A DNA stretch of 63,068 nucleotides, filler included. It is 11 parts of 11 records of this genome, joined end to end, with 100 filler letters (N's around TTAATTAATTAA, not from the genome) between each part and the next. Parts side by side here need not be neighbours in the genome. Positions count along the whole stretch, not along the records: positions 11,932 to 19,345 come from SRR15195285_799; positions 19,446 to 25,299 come from SRR15195285_800; 9 more parts are not named here. One strand, given 5' to 3'. Below are positions 11,932 through 23,500 of the stretch, in pieces. Position numbers and translations under genes: made by a program. Below the pieces are notes generated by a model, which did not search any database, was not told where the DNA came from, and saw nothing but the letters and a program-made list of their open reading frames with translations. Numbering within the stretch: position 1 is the stretch's first letter; every line of letters begins with the position of its first letter.

Positions 11932-12295
11932 GCGGCGTTGCTGCAGCGCCAGCCAGGGGAATCGATGGATGCGTACGAGGCTCGCCTCAGCGCGTTGGCA
12001 GCGGTGCGCAGCCTGCCTGCCTGCCTGCGTGCCTGCCTGCGCGCCTGCCTGTGCGCCTGCCTGCCTGGTTCCAAACGTCTGAGTGCCTGGGTGTTGCGTC
12101 TTGCCGCAGGTCCAACCTCCCGCACCTGCGCCTGCACCTGCAGCAGTAGGTGGGCCTGGGCTACCGCCAGGAATGGACGATCTCGATATGCTCGCGTCGC
12201 TGCCGTCGGCTCCTGTAGAGCAGCCTCCAGCTGGCCCTCCTGCAGACGACGATGACCTTGAGGCAAGGTTTCGACGGCTACAAGGCGGAGACTGA
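11932..12295 (+). CDS. 3' end of a gene with an ESCRT-III/IST1-like C-terminal MIM motif
   Basis: Intron 12004-12109; Pro-rich linker, LPSAP, terminal DDDDLEARFRRLQGGD. Confidence 0.55.
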
Positions 12296-12735
12296 CGACT
12301 GCAGAAGCTGGCTTGATTTGCCGACGATGCGGATGCAAAAATACAACACCTTACGAAGGCCATTTGCTCTACTGGGCAGGATGGTGGACTTGGAGTTTCT
12401 GCGAGCGAGCCTGTGTGTGGGTTGATCAGGTGATGGCGGCACTTCCAGAAGCATCTCGTCGCTGCGATCTGTATATATTATTGTAACAACATCCATAGTG
12501 ACAATCATGATTGTAACAACCGCGCGGAGCCGGTCACCCACGCCCTGCATGCGGTGGGGTCACTTGCCAGGTCGATCAAGTACCGTCCATCGAGCCTCCA
12601 CCGCCTCCATCACGACCCCAAAGGACATATTATCCGTTCCCCGCTGGATGGCGGCGGCGGCGGTGGTGTAGCATGGCACCCGTGGACACCGTACCCGGGA
12701 GGAGCTCCACCGGGGCGATTCATTCATGCCGTGAC

Positions 12736-13636
12736 TCACGGCTCCGGCTCTGGCTCTGGCTCAGCTGGTGCTGGCGATTGTATTTTCGCCCCGCGCTGGG
12801 CAAATTTCTGCCGTATTTCTTCGGCCCGAGCTTGCTTCGCAGCTTCCACTTGCTCTTCCGTGGTCAGCTGCCTCTCCAGCCCATCGTCATCTTCAATTGA
12901 AATAGGCTCCAGTTGAATGACTCCATCGTCCCCGTCATTGCTCCCAGCTGTCGATACTGGCTCCTCGCCTAGAAAAGGCTCTAGATCCCTGACTACCTTT
13001 GGTGAAACCTCTTTCAACGCGTCCAACTCCTCTCTGGTGAGCCACGCAGCAGCCATTGCATGCTGCGGTGCAAAGCGACAGCACAGCAGATTGCTTCCTG
13101 GTTAGGCTTGCCGAATTCTACTGCAGACAAAGGCTAGTTCATCAAAAATGGCGCCCATCAAGACCACACGCAGTGTGCTGCACTGCGTGGTGGAACCCAC
13201 CGTAATTTGTTTGAGCTCTTCAAGCAGCCCTTCATCATCCATGTACTCCTCAGTCTCTAGCGCCGCAACGACCGCCATTCTTCTTGCCTGCAAGGCGTCC
13301 TTAAAGCCTGCGTCGACCAAGGATTGAATGTTGCTGGCAGACTTAGCATCCTGCAATGAATTCTTAACGTGACTGGCAGCACCTTTCTGTAGATCGCAAC
13401 ACAACGACACAGAACAACAGGCCGGCGACGTCAAAGCAACAGCAGCAGCAGTGCGCAAGCATTCGGCAATTCAATTTGTGGCTTGCAGCAACGGCGGCGA
13501 CAGCGACAGCAGCAGTTTAATGTTGCATCCCAAAACGGGATGCTTACTGTGTAGGCATATTCCTTTCCAAACGTGTCTTCAACAACAGCCTCGGCCTGCC
13601 CACTTTCCGTACGGCCAAGCCACGAAGTTGTGATTC
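12736..13636 (-). CDS. Three exon-like segments, probably further 3' exons of the P4-ATPase
   Basis: Segments GITTSWLG..EYAYT, KGAASH..FDELAF and HAMAAAW..EPEPEPEP are flanked by AG/GT sites. The phase link to the upstream exon is unresolved. Confidence 0.45.
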
Positions 13637-13834
13637 CTGCAATGACCCGAGACCAAAGACAGCAAACATCGGTTAGAGAACGCCGTTCAGACAAGACTTT
13701 GGCAGACGAAGTGCATCATGTCAAGTGGCGCCAGGGGTCTCAGATCAAGTGTATGCCTTGGTAATTTCATAGTAGCGACCCGAGCCACAGCGTGCAGAGC
13801 CAGAAGACATCTCCACGCGGGCAGGCGAGTCTGA

Positions 13835-16800
13835 TCAAGTTACTAAAGATGTTGTGTCTTCATCGATTAGTGGATTGGTTGCAAGTGCTAGCTGGGCGAC
13901 CATGGTCTGACTGGCATAAAACGCACGGGCGGCAAGGTTGCTTGACAGTCCTCCGTCCTGCTCGACGACGACTATTCGCCTGCGTTTCTCCCGCACTGTC
14001 TTCCATAGATCCGCTGCACGACTGCTTGTGCTGCTGCCACTAGGGGACGCCACAGAGCTGTCTGCAGCACCGATGTCGAGCTGTTCTAATCCCGCGTCAT
14101 CATCAATGTCAACAGGCAGGGGTTTGAGGTTGTCTTCCGCTACAGCTGCGGCAACGTAGTCCTTCGTGTAGGATCCGATAGGCAGGAACACAACCTCCCC
14201 GTTTTTCAGTGTCACCTTCTGCCTCGGGATCGCGTGCAGAACAGACTTGGTGTCGCGCTGCGCTTTCGGGCTGCGCGCTCGCGGCGTACCGGCGAGCCCC
14301 ATGTTCTCCCGCTGCAGCCTGAATTTCAATTCGTTGGCTTTGACTGGGTGACGGTAAAGCTGCGAATAGTTGCGCCAGACATATTTCGCGGTTACGTCTG
14401 ACAGCATGCAAATCGTGACCGTGAGGACCAGCGAAAGGTAGAAGCGAGGATCCGCGAGTACGTTGGTGAACGTGTACCACAACGGGGGAGCGAGACCTCG
14501 CATCCCCTGCGTGTAGATTGGCCAGATCACAAACCAGGTCAGAACGGATAGAAGGTTAAGCAATACGCTAATGGTCGTCCACGACGCCACTGCCACAATT
14601 AGCTTCACGTGCACTTGAATGTGCAGTGTCGTAAAGGTTGCCATCGAGATCATGTACAAGTCCATCTGCCGACCAAGATGGTCCGGTTCCGACATAATAT
14701 AAGCAGTCACGAAGAACAACACCATTGAGTTCCACACTGCGCCGCCGGCCCACATAGCAAAATTCTGGTGGGAAAAGTGCATCCCCTTCTGTGAGAACTC
14801 GTACATCTCAGGGTGCGATAGTACCTGCTCGTCTGTAATGTCGCGGTCAGTCAGCGCTACGATGAAGATGGGCATCGAAGTGGTGAACAGGTTGTACATG
14901 GAGCCCACCATCCCGTCAAACAGCGACATGCCAGTGTAGCCATTGTGGCGGCACATCCACATGGCAGTGAGGCCATATAGTGAGTTCTTGTAGAAGAAGA
15001 ACATCACAAGCCGTGCGATACGCTTATAAGACCAGCGGCCGTGCACCAGGAGTAGTCGCTCCAGGTAACGAAATTGAGCTATGGCGTAGTCTGATGCTAG
15101 CACCGCCTGCATGCCCTCATGTCCCGAGATCCCGACGCCGATGTGTGCTTCCTTGATCATCGGCACATCATTCGCACCGTCGCCGATCGCAAGACAGATT
15201 TTGTCAAACCGCTCCTTGCCCATGGCAACGACCTGGGCCTTCTGACGGGGTGAAACACGGCAGCACAGTACAACACTACAGCGCCGCCCGAGCTCCGCAA
15301 ATATGTCCAGACAGCTATAATACCGCTTCCCACCGTGCATGAACCCTTTTCCGCCTGCCCACGACTTATCCTGGTACCCGGATCGAACATTCCGTGAACC
15401 TTGGAGATTGGTAGAATCACCTCCAGTATTCAGCACCGGCAGGCCGTGCTCATCGCACGTGTGATCGTCCATTGCTGCCTTGAGAACAGACGCGTGGATC
15501 ACAATTGCAAGCGGGTGTGCTGCCAGAGGACGCTTTGTAATGTGCGGCCACACAGTACGCATACCATTCTTGTGTGCAATCGGAGTTGGGCTGGAATCCT
15601 CCTCAATCAGTGCGCCAATTGGATCCGGCCAGTCCGCTGGGTACAATCCGTAGCGACCCACTCCATGAGCGCGCGGATCTTCAGGAAAGTGCAGCGTGCC
15701 CTCTCCGAATCGCGCAAATTCTCCGTTCTCATCAGATGTCGGCGGTGGTCCGTAGACGGGGCAGCCATTGCTGTCTTCATCCAGTTCGCGGAGCAGCCGC
15801 ATCAGTTCCTGGCGCGTGTGAACAAGCACGCGCGGGTCAATTTCCGAACCAACTGCGCCGTCTGGTACGTCCGGTGATGGAATGTTATGCTCATCCGGGT
15901 CCCACTCCTCGAAGATGACTATGTTTTGCGAGCGGGAGAGTAAATTGCAGGACATGCCAATCTCGATGGCGGTGTCGGTTTTGTCGCCAGTGAGCACCCA
16001 AACTTTGATGCCCGCCTGCGACAATCGCGGCAGCGTCAAAGTGACGCCATCCTGGAGCTTGTCTTCGATCGCCGTGCATCCGTGCATAGTTATTCGCTGT
16101 TCTACTTCTGCATACATATCCGCCATTGTATCCGTTTTCTCAGGGCCCTCGTCGCGATTATTCGCGTCGTTCAACCGGCAAAGCCAGTCAGTGAAGTCCA
16201 GTGCGTCTGGCTCCGCGTCCGTCGGCCCACCGAGTGCACGTGTTCCAGTGACTAACGTACGCAGACCAACAGTTGCGAACTTTCCCATGACCTCCCATGA
16301 GTCCTCGATGGCCTTGATCCGCGAGGCTGAGTCAGCCCGCAGCAGTGGCCGCATGATGCTATCCGCTCCTTTCGTCCAGATTCGCGGCGGGGTGCTCAGC
16401 TTCTCCACGTACTCGTTCATCTTCAAAAAGGCGGCGAGATAAGCAGCAGAGAACTTTGGAGAGCCCGGGTCCATCATCTTTCGCTGCGTGTCTGAGTCAA
16501 ACTCAGCGGTGCCAGCCGCTTTCTCATAGAGCTTTCTCACCACGAGCTTTGACGCCACGATCTCGTGCGAAATCTCCCGCAGCACGATCGACATTCTCTT
16601 GCGATCGGAGTTGAAGGGAATGATGCACAGGGCCTCCCAGCGTTTTACCTTGCCCTGGATCCGCGCAACAATCGTAGACTCAGAGCGTCCGAGGAATGTG
16701 AAGCCGACGTTGCGCGCACCCTCCACGAGTGCCTTGTCATCTGGGCTCGCGGCGCTGTACGCGATATCTTCGTCCCAGTGCGGATCGAACTCATCGTCGC

Positions 16801-18842
16801 GTTTGATGGATGCATTTAAGAAGCAGTCTATCGCCTCGACGCCCTGCCCGCGAGCGATTAGCGCTTCGCCTTCCGCCTCGAGCTGCTGCGCTGCTTCGAG
16901 AACTCGTTGCGAGTTTTGGTTACGCTCATCTGTGTCAGGGTGCTCGGCCTCCGTCTGGTGGCACACTGCAAGCAGCGTCCAGAACAGCTCAAGCGCCTCC
17001 GCGCCTGCATGGCCCGCAGAGATAGCCTGGTGGATGAGCTTCCGGGTCCTGCCTCCAGTCAGACCCTTGTCTGAATTCATCCAAGGGCCTTTCTCGAGTG
17101 GGTGGAGCTTCCGGCGCTCCGCCCAGCCAAGCGCAGCGCCGTTGTGATAATCGATGCACCGCACAGCATCTCCTGGCCGAAGCTCTACGCCTGACAGACT
17201 AGTCGTCTCAACGTTGAGCTCAACCACCTGAACCTTGCAGCCAGTTTCGAGTGTCTGTGTGCGCGGTGTCGCGGACTCGTCGCTGTCGTCCCGCAGCGTC
17301 ACCCGCTCGATGGTTTCGTGGATGCCAATCGGTTTTCCATCCCCCCACACAGAGCCATTGATGCAGCACTTCATCAGCTCCATCTCGTTGCTCGTCAAGG
17401 TCCCCGTCTTGTCGCTGAAGACATACTCAACCTGCCCAAGCTCCTCATGGAGGGTCGCAGTGCGCGCCTCCGCGGCCGTGTTTGTCACAGCATGATACAT
17501 GGCGTAGTCGTTGTCGATGAACTTCTTCATCACGGTCTTGACGACCTCCATCGTCACGTAGAGCGATATTGGAATCATTGGCGAGAGCAGCAGGAGAAAC
17601 GTGCACCACGACTTCACCGCCTCGAACACAGAGGGTTCGTTGGCCAGCCCGGTGAGGTATAGTTGTTCGCGCTCGCGCGTTACCATCCACATAAACTTCA
17701 AGGCGGCTGGCAAAGCGCACAGCAGCAGGCACAACGCACGCCGTCAGCCGAAGCGAGCATGATACACGCGCAGGCTCAAGGATGCCAGCGCAGTCTCAAC
17801 CACGAGAAAACGCACCGAACAAGCAGACCATCGCAACCTGGACCTTCAGGAGGTAACCAATCATGGTGTTCATCAACGTCTCAACCTGTGTGCGCTTCGG
17901 CTGAACCTCCTCGTCGTTCATCTTCAGCTTCGTTTGCATACCCGTGTACACGACGAGGCCCACCACCCAGGATGTCTTTCGCAGCACCGCACCGCGGAGC
18001 AGTAGCTGCTCCGTGAGCACATTGCACAGTTTCTCATCGCCGTCGTAGTACGAGCCCGACCACGAGTACAGCTGACTGTCCGGTGGGTTGCAGCGAACCT
18101 GACCCCGCAGCTGCGCAAGCCTCTTGATGAGGACATCGTCCCCAACGAACGCCCCGCCCGGATGTGTGTCCATCATGCCGACGATCTCCTTCTTTGCGCT
18201 GTAGACCTTGAGGTTTGTTTCGCCATCCAGCGAGGCTGTCTCTATGTACACGCGCCCGTCCCGGTTGTCGGAGGCGAGGATTACAAAATCTGCCGGGAAC
18301 TGCTCGTCCTGGTTCACCTTCAGCAGGTCCCCGACCTGCACGTCGCGCCAGCGAACAGAGACCCACTCCTTGCCGCTCGCTCCATCCTTCCGGTCACGCA
18401 GCACTTGGCACTGCTTCGCGTTCATGGCGGTGTCCTGCCGGTGCCGGCCCAGGTCCTGGAGGCCTTCGCTCAGCAGCGAGGCGAGGATCACTACGCACAG
18501 CGCGCCGATGGTGCCGAAACGCGTCATCCCTTGCACCGGGCTGACGGACTCGATCGTGTACAGCGTGCCAATGAGCAGGAAGTAGCAATTCGCGGCGCGC
18601 TTGAACTGCATCTGAATGGCGAGCGGCAGGAACGAGAGGGCCGTGTACTTGCACGTGCGCTCGTAGTTGTCGCAGAACATCATCAGGTTGGTTGTCTCCC
18701 GCGGGACCTTGACCCCGGGCTGCGCCTCCTGCTTCTGCCGGAACGCCTTGACCTCCGCGCGCAGCAGCTTCGCGTCCCACGCCGCATTGATTGGCACCAC
18801 GCGCTGCGGGCAGCCCACCCACGGCGCTGAGGCGCTGAACAT
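13835..18842 (-). CDS. P4-type ATPase (phospholipid flippase)
   Basis: DGETNLK, QLLLRG, PISLYV, FSDKTGTLT, SPDD, WVLTGDK, IGDGANDV, LLLVHGRW, FFYKN. Intron 17815-17707 joins the two ORFs. Confidence 0.96.
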
Positions 18843-19528
18843 CGCCCTCCCCACCCCTTCCCGCAGCCCAAATCCACGCCGCCCGGACCCCTCCGCCCCA
18901 AAGCACGCGCCCCGCGCCACCTCCCGCGCAGGGCGCACCGCCCTCACTGCGCTCCTGCCGGCGGTCAGCCCGCCACCGTGCTGCCCAAAGCAGCCTTGCA
19001 AGCAGCTTCCCACGGCGCCACCCTCAGCGCCCTCCGCACTGCCACTGCCACTGCCACTGTCACAGGGCTCAGAATTTCAACACTCCGCGGAGTGAACACA
19101 TAAAACAACAGTGATTTCGGTAGTAATGCGTAAGGAAAAGCGGCGGCTCGAGGCGGTCAGAGGGGTGCACCGCAGTTCTCAGTGAGGTTTTCGGTCCGTC
19201 GCAGAACGCGATTGGTTCGTTCATGTCGAATATCCAGGACGCGCTCGCTCATCACAGGCTGGAGGATTAGAGTATATAGATCTCACTGGTAAATGAAGCA
19301 CGCTTCGCGGACCGCCCCGAGCCGCTGTAATTTCTCGCACACCAGNNNNNNNNNNNNNNNNNNNNNNNNNNNNNNNNNNNNNNNNNNNNTTAATTAATTA
19401 ANNNNNNNNNNNNNNNNNNNNNNNNNNNNNNNNNNNNNNNNNNNNGAAACCGGCATACTGTGGTGAGACATCTTCAGACAGTACCTGGTACGCAGCGCTG
19501 TGTTGGTCACTCACTGTTGGTCATCGGG

Positions 19529-20542
19529 ATGGACGACTCGGAGGAGCAGCGCGAGAGGGAGCGAGCACGGCTGTATGCGCGCAAGCTGCTTGAAAAGGAA
19601 GCACAGCGTCAGTCGATCGAGCACCAGCAGCGCTGGCAGGAGACGCGCGCGATGCTGGAGGCGGAGGCAGCGAGACATGTAGCTCCTAGTGGTGACGGGG
19701 AGCGCCAGGTCCAGGAGCAACGCAAAGAACAAACGCAACGGCTTCGGCAGTGGCGAGCCTCTGCGCGGGCTGCTTCCACGGCCACGCGAGCACAGGGTCA
19801 TGGCAGCACGCCGGACTCGACGTCACTGACTCCTCGACGTCACTGGCTCGAGCGCAGCACTTCCCCAGAGAGAAGAGAAGCTCACAGCCCTCCGCGAGCA
19901 TATGGAGAACGCAATGCAGCCGTTCTCGCGAGTCCCAATTCGAGCTCGCCATCCCGCCTGCCACCAGAACCAGGCGCAGAACGACCCCCTTTGCCGAGAG
20001 CCAGCGACGTGGATGCAGCTGTGGTGATTCAGGCAGGCGCGCGTGGATATGCAACACGACGAGCGCTGACACCAGAGCGCGAACGGCGCAACCAGGCTGC
20101 CACCGCACTTCAGGCGGCAGTTAGAGGCGAGCAGTCGCGGCGCAAACTGGCTGCAACAGTGAAACTGCAGTCGGCTTTCCGTGGCTGGAGGTCCAGAGAG
20201 CAGTACTACGACACACTAGACCGGATAGTGGCATCCGAGCAGATTCAGGCTGCCTTCCGGGGCTGGCAAGTCCGATCGGCGCTTGTCGCAGAAGCTGAAG
20301 CGCTCATGGGCGGTGAGTCACTCCGTGAACGCCATACCGCGCAAAGTCATCCAAAATTCCAGTGTCCCCAGCGGGTAGGCGCCTTGGGCGACGCCGAGAG
20401 TAAGGCACAGGTGGCGCTCGAGCGTGTGAGGCAGGGCTTACTCCCCCGAGGGCCAGAAGATGTCGCAGATGCGCTCGCTGCCATTACTGTGCTGGAGGAA
20501 CGACTCACCGAGCTTTCATTGCAGTACGATAGGTCACTCTAG
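19529..20542 (+). CDS. IQ-motif (calmodulin-binding) coiled-coil protein
   Basis: Four IQ motifs: IQAGARGY, LQAAVRGE, LQSAFRGW, IQAAFRGW; probable in-frame intron starting at 20313. Confidence 0.8.
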   Translation: MDDSEEQRERERARLYARKLLEKEAQRQSIEHQQRWQETRAMLEAEAARHVAPSGDGERQVQEQRKEQTQRLRQWRASARAASTATRAQGHGSTPDSTSLTPRRHWLERSTSPERREAHSPPRAYGERNAAVLASPNSSSPSRLPPEPGAERPPLPRASDVDAAVVIQAGARGYATRRALTPERERRNQAATALQAAVRGEQSRRKLAATVKLQSAFRGWRSREQYYDTLDRIVASEQIQAAFRGWQVRSALVAEAEALMGGESLRERHTAQSHPKFQCPQRVGALGDAESKAQVALERVRQGLLPRGPEDVADALAAITVLEERLTELSLQYDRSL

Positions 20543-20580
20543 TCGCGTGACTGCAGGCTGCTCGAGCGTCCTTTGCAGCG

Positions 20581-23500
20581 TCATGTTTCGTCTATGAAAA
20601 TCTCGTCGGGGCTGTCAGCAGCGGGAGCTGGCGCATCACCTAGCTTGATTCCCTGATCTTGCGACATGGTCGTAGATGGGTTATCAAATACATCGAACTC
20701 CCTCAGAGCATCCGCGGGATCGGCGCCCCGCAACGGGCCGTCGTTGTCGCGCATGTCGCGCCTACTGCCCTCCCTCGGTGTTCGCGGTGATCTCGGGCCA
20801 GCTGCGTTCGCACAGCAAGACGCAGAGGCGCACTGATCAGGCAATTTCAATGAAGACACGCCGAGTTGAGGGGCTTCCGGCAAGTGTAGCCAGCAGCCAC
20901 CGTGCTTACGCTGTATCTTCTTCGTCACCTGCTTCGCACGAGGGCTCGGGGCGTCAAAGGCAGTGAATGACACCGATTTCAAATCCCCCGGTGTCAACTC
21001 GCCGCTCCTGCGCAAGCATTCCGCGGACATTCAAGCGAGCACAAGATTTATGTCGCGTGGATTTCCCTCTCCAGGGAGGTGCGGCTGCAGGCACAGCGGT
21101 GGGCGATCAAGAATATGCGCAGAACGCACCGATCCCTGTCTAGGGCAAAGAAGATCGCTTCGATCCGCTCGAGATCCTCTCGCTTCACACTGCCAAGTCG
21201 CAGGAGCACAGCAAGGCAGAAATCGTTCTTGCGTATTGGCTCCCCCTCCTTCAAATCCACAGATCGTTGCAAGGCGTTGAGGTCATACGTCGTAGTTTGC
21301 CGGAGAAACTGGTTGAGTACGTATGACTCAAGCTGGGCCGCTCTGTTTCGAATCGGAACATCGGAAATGGCGCTCATCGCCTTTGCAAAAAAGATGACGC
21401 CAACCGGTACGAAGACAACGGAGAACATTTTCGACGCTGACGACTCCGGGGCAATATCGCCAAATCCCACCGTAGTTACCGTGACAACCGTGAAATACAG
21501 TGCCTTGACTGCTGACACGTCCTTCTCCAACTTCATGTACGCAACAGTACCAATCCCCAGGAGTACTGCCATACTGGCAAACGAGCTCACGACAGCTCTC
21601 ACAGGGTTGTATTGCTTCTTCGCTGCGTCATCTATTCTCTGAGACTCTGACTCTGCTCCTCTCTCCATTCTCTCTTGCAGGCACTCAAGCCCGTGCAAGA
21701 CAATCAGTTCCACCCTTTCAGTCAAGCTGCCGACCGCAACAAGCAATTTTTGGCCTACTGCGCCGGCTAGGACGCCCATGATCACCATACCGGAGAGGAT
21801 GTAGATCACCGTCAGAATCTGACCCGGCAAGAGCAACACGAACATACACCAGTTCAGGGCGTGCTCATCGTGTGGAGTGTGTAGGCGCAGCAGCAAAAGC
21901 GGACCATGGCCAGATCGGACTCGTCGAAGTTCCGCGGGTGAGTTCCATATCCCACCGTCGTGAAGGTAGTGAATTGAAATACCTGGGCGCGCGGTACACA
22001 CACACGCAGACGCACGCGGAGCGGGGAGCAGGGTGTTAGTCTGGCGTGACGCACGCACAACGCATGAGATGTGGCGCACCAGTGCGTCCAGAAACGACTT
22101 TAGTCCGCCAGCATTTTCACAACCGGCATTGGCCATGTCAACGCCCCAATTTTCGGTCGCTATTGAAAGTTCCGATGTATTTCGGGCATCGAGCACATCG
22201 CCAGTGAGGGCTACTGTTGCGGCTGCAGAGCGGTTTCCTACACTTAAAAAACCTTCGGAATCAGAAAGGGATGATGGCCCGTCGGTGCACTCCCGGAAGT
22301 ACATATCATAGAAGATAGTTGAGATGATGAGGTACCACACGAAGCAAGTGAGCGATACAGCAATTATGTTGGAATCGCTGAATGTCAGCGCATCGCAGAG
22401 GTGTTGGTCGCGGATATCTGGCAATGTTGACGTGCCAAACTCCAGCTCCAGCTTCCTGAGGTCTTCATGGTAAGTCATTTTAATCTTCAGCTTGCCTTCA
22501 GCGAGATCGTCGTTGTCGTCAATTTTGCCATCACCATCAGTATCAAGAGCAGCGCCGAAGACCGTTAGGTCCTGCCATTTTCCTTTGCATGATTTTGCCT
22601 GTTCCACAGTAATCGACATGGCCGCGATGTGCCTCGTCATATCTGTGCCTAGCAAGGAATCGTGCCAAATGTCAACGATGCAGACCTCTTCGTCGCCAGG
22701 CGTGCGGCTTACCATTACCCCTTGACCATCCACACGCGAGAAATCTGGCTGCAGACCCCACTCGTTTTTTGCGTCCCCTTTGACCGTCAAGGTGCGATGC
22801 ACCCGGTCGCCTTTTGTGAAGCGACCGAACTTCACAGTAATGAAAGGATTTATCGCCGTTAGCTCCCGCGCTGCTGCGCCTGTGGCGTGGCCTGTCGTAT
22901 CCGATAACTTCACTGACTCAGCGTAGTTCAGCCCACCCGGTCCGTCGATGATCATCGCCAAGCACGCTGCTTGCAAATGATCGTCATCCGTCTCTATGAT
23001 AGCAGATGATGGCAGCTCGAGGAAAGAAAGTGGGCCTTCCAGCCAGCGAACGCCCATCCAGCACGCAGTTCCTAAGAGCATTAAGAATGCAAAGTACCAA
23101 CAGATCAGATCATTGCTGTTGTCCATCTCCATGATCATTCCACCAACTAGTGGCACCAGGGTGGCCATCAGATTGCCAAGAATTCCGTATACACCGTAGC
23201 CAACGCCTGCTCTCGAGGTACCGACGATGAGCCGAATGCTGATGTAGGCAACAGTATCACCAAAACCGTACTGCAATGCAAAGAGCAAACTAGCAACCCA
23301 GACGTGTGCAGCGTTGTCGCCACCAGAGATAGCGAGGAGCACGAAGCCGAGCAGTGCGAACGCCGTAAATGCACTGAGAAACAACGAGCGTTGGCCGTAT
23401 TTGTCAGACAGCGGGCCCATGATAGGGCCAAGTAGCCCAGCTACTAGTGAGATCACACCAGACAAGAAAGATGCCTCCGCCTTGGTCTGGCCAAATTTGT

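Noticed and set aside
13700-13837. TGA readthrough or selenocysteine after the P4-ATPase ORF
   Set aside because: More stops follow, I found no SECIS, and splicing is the simpler explanation.
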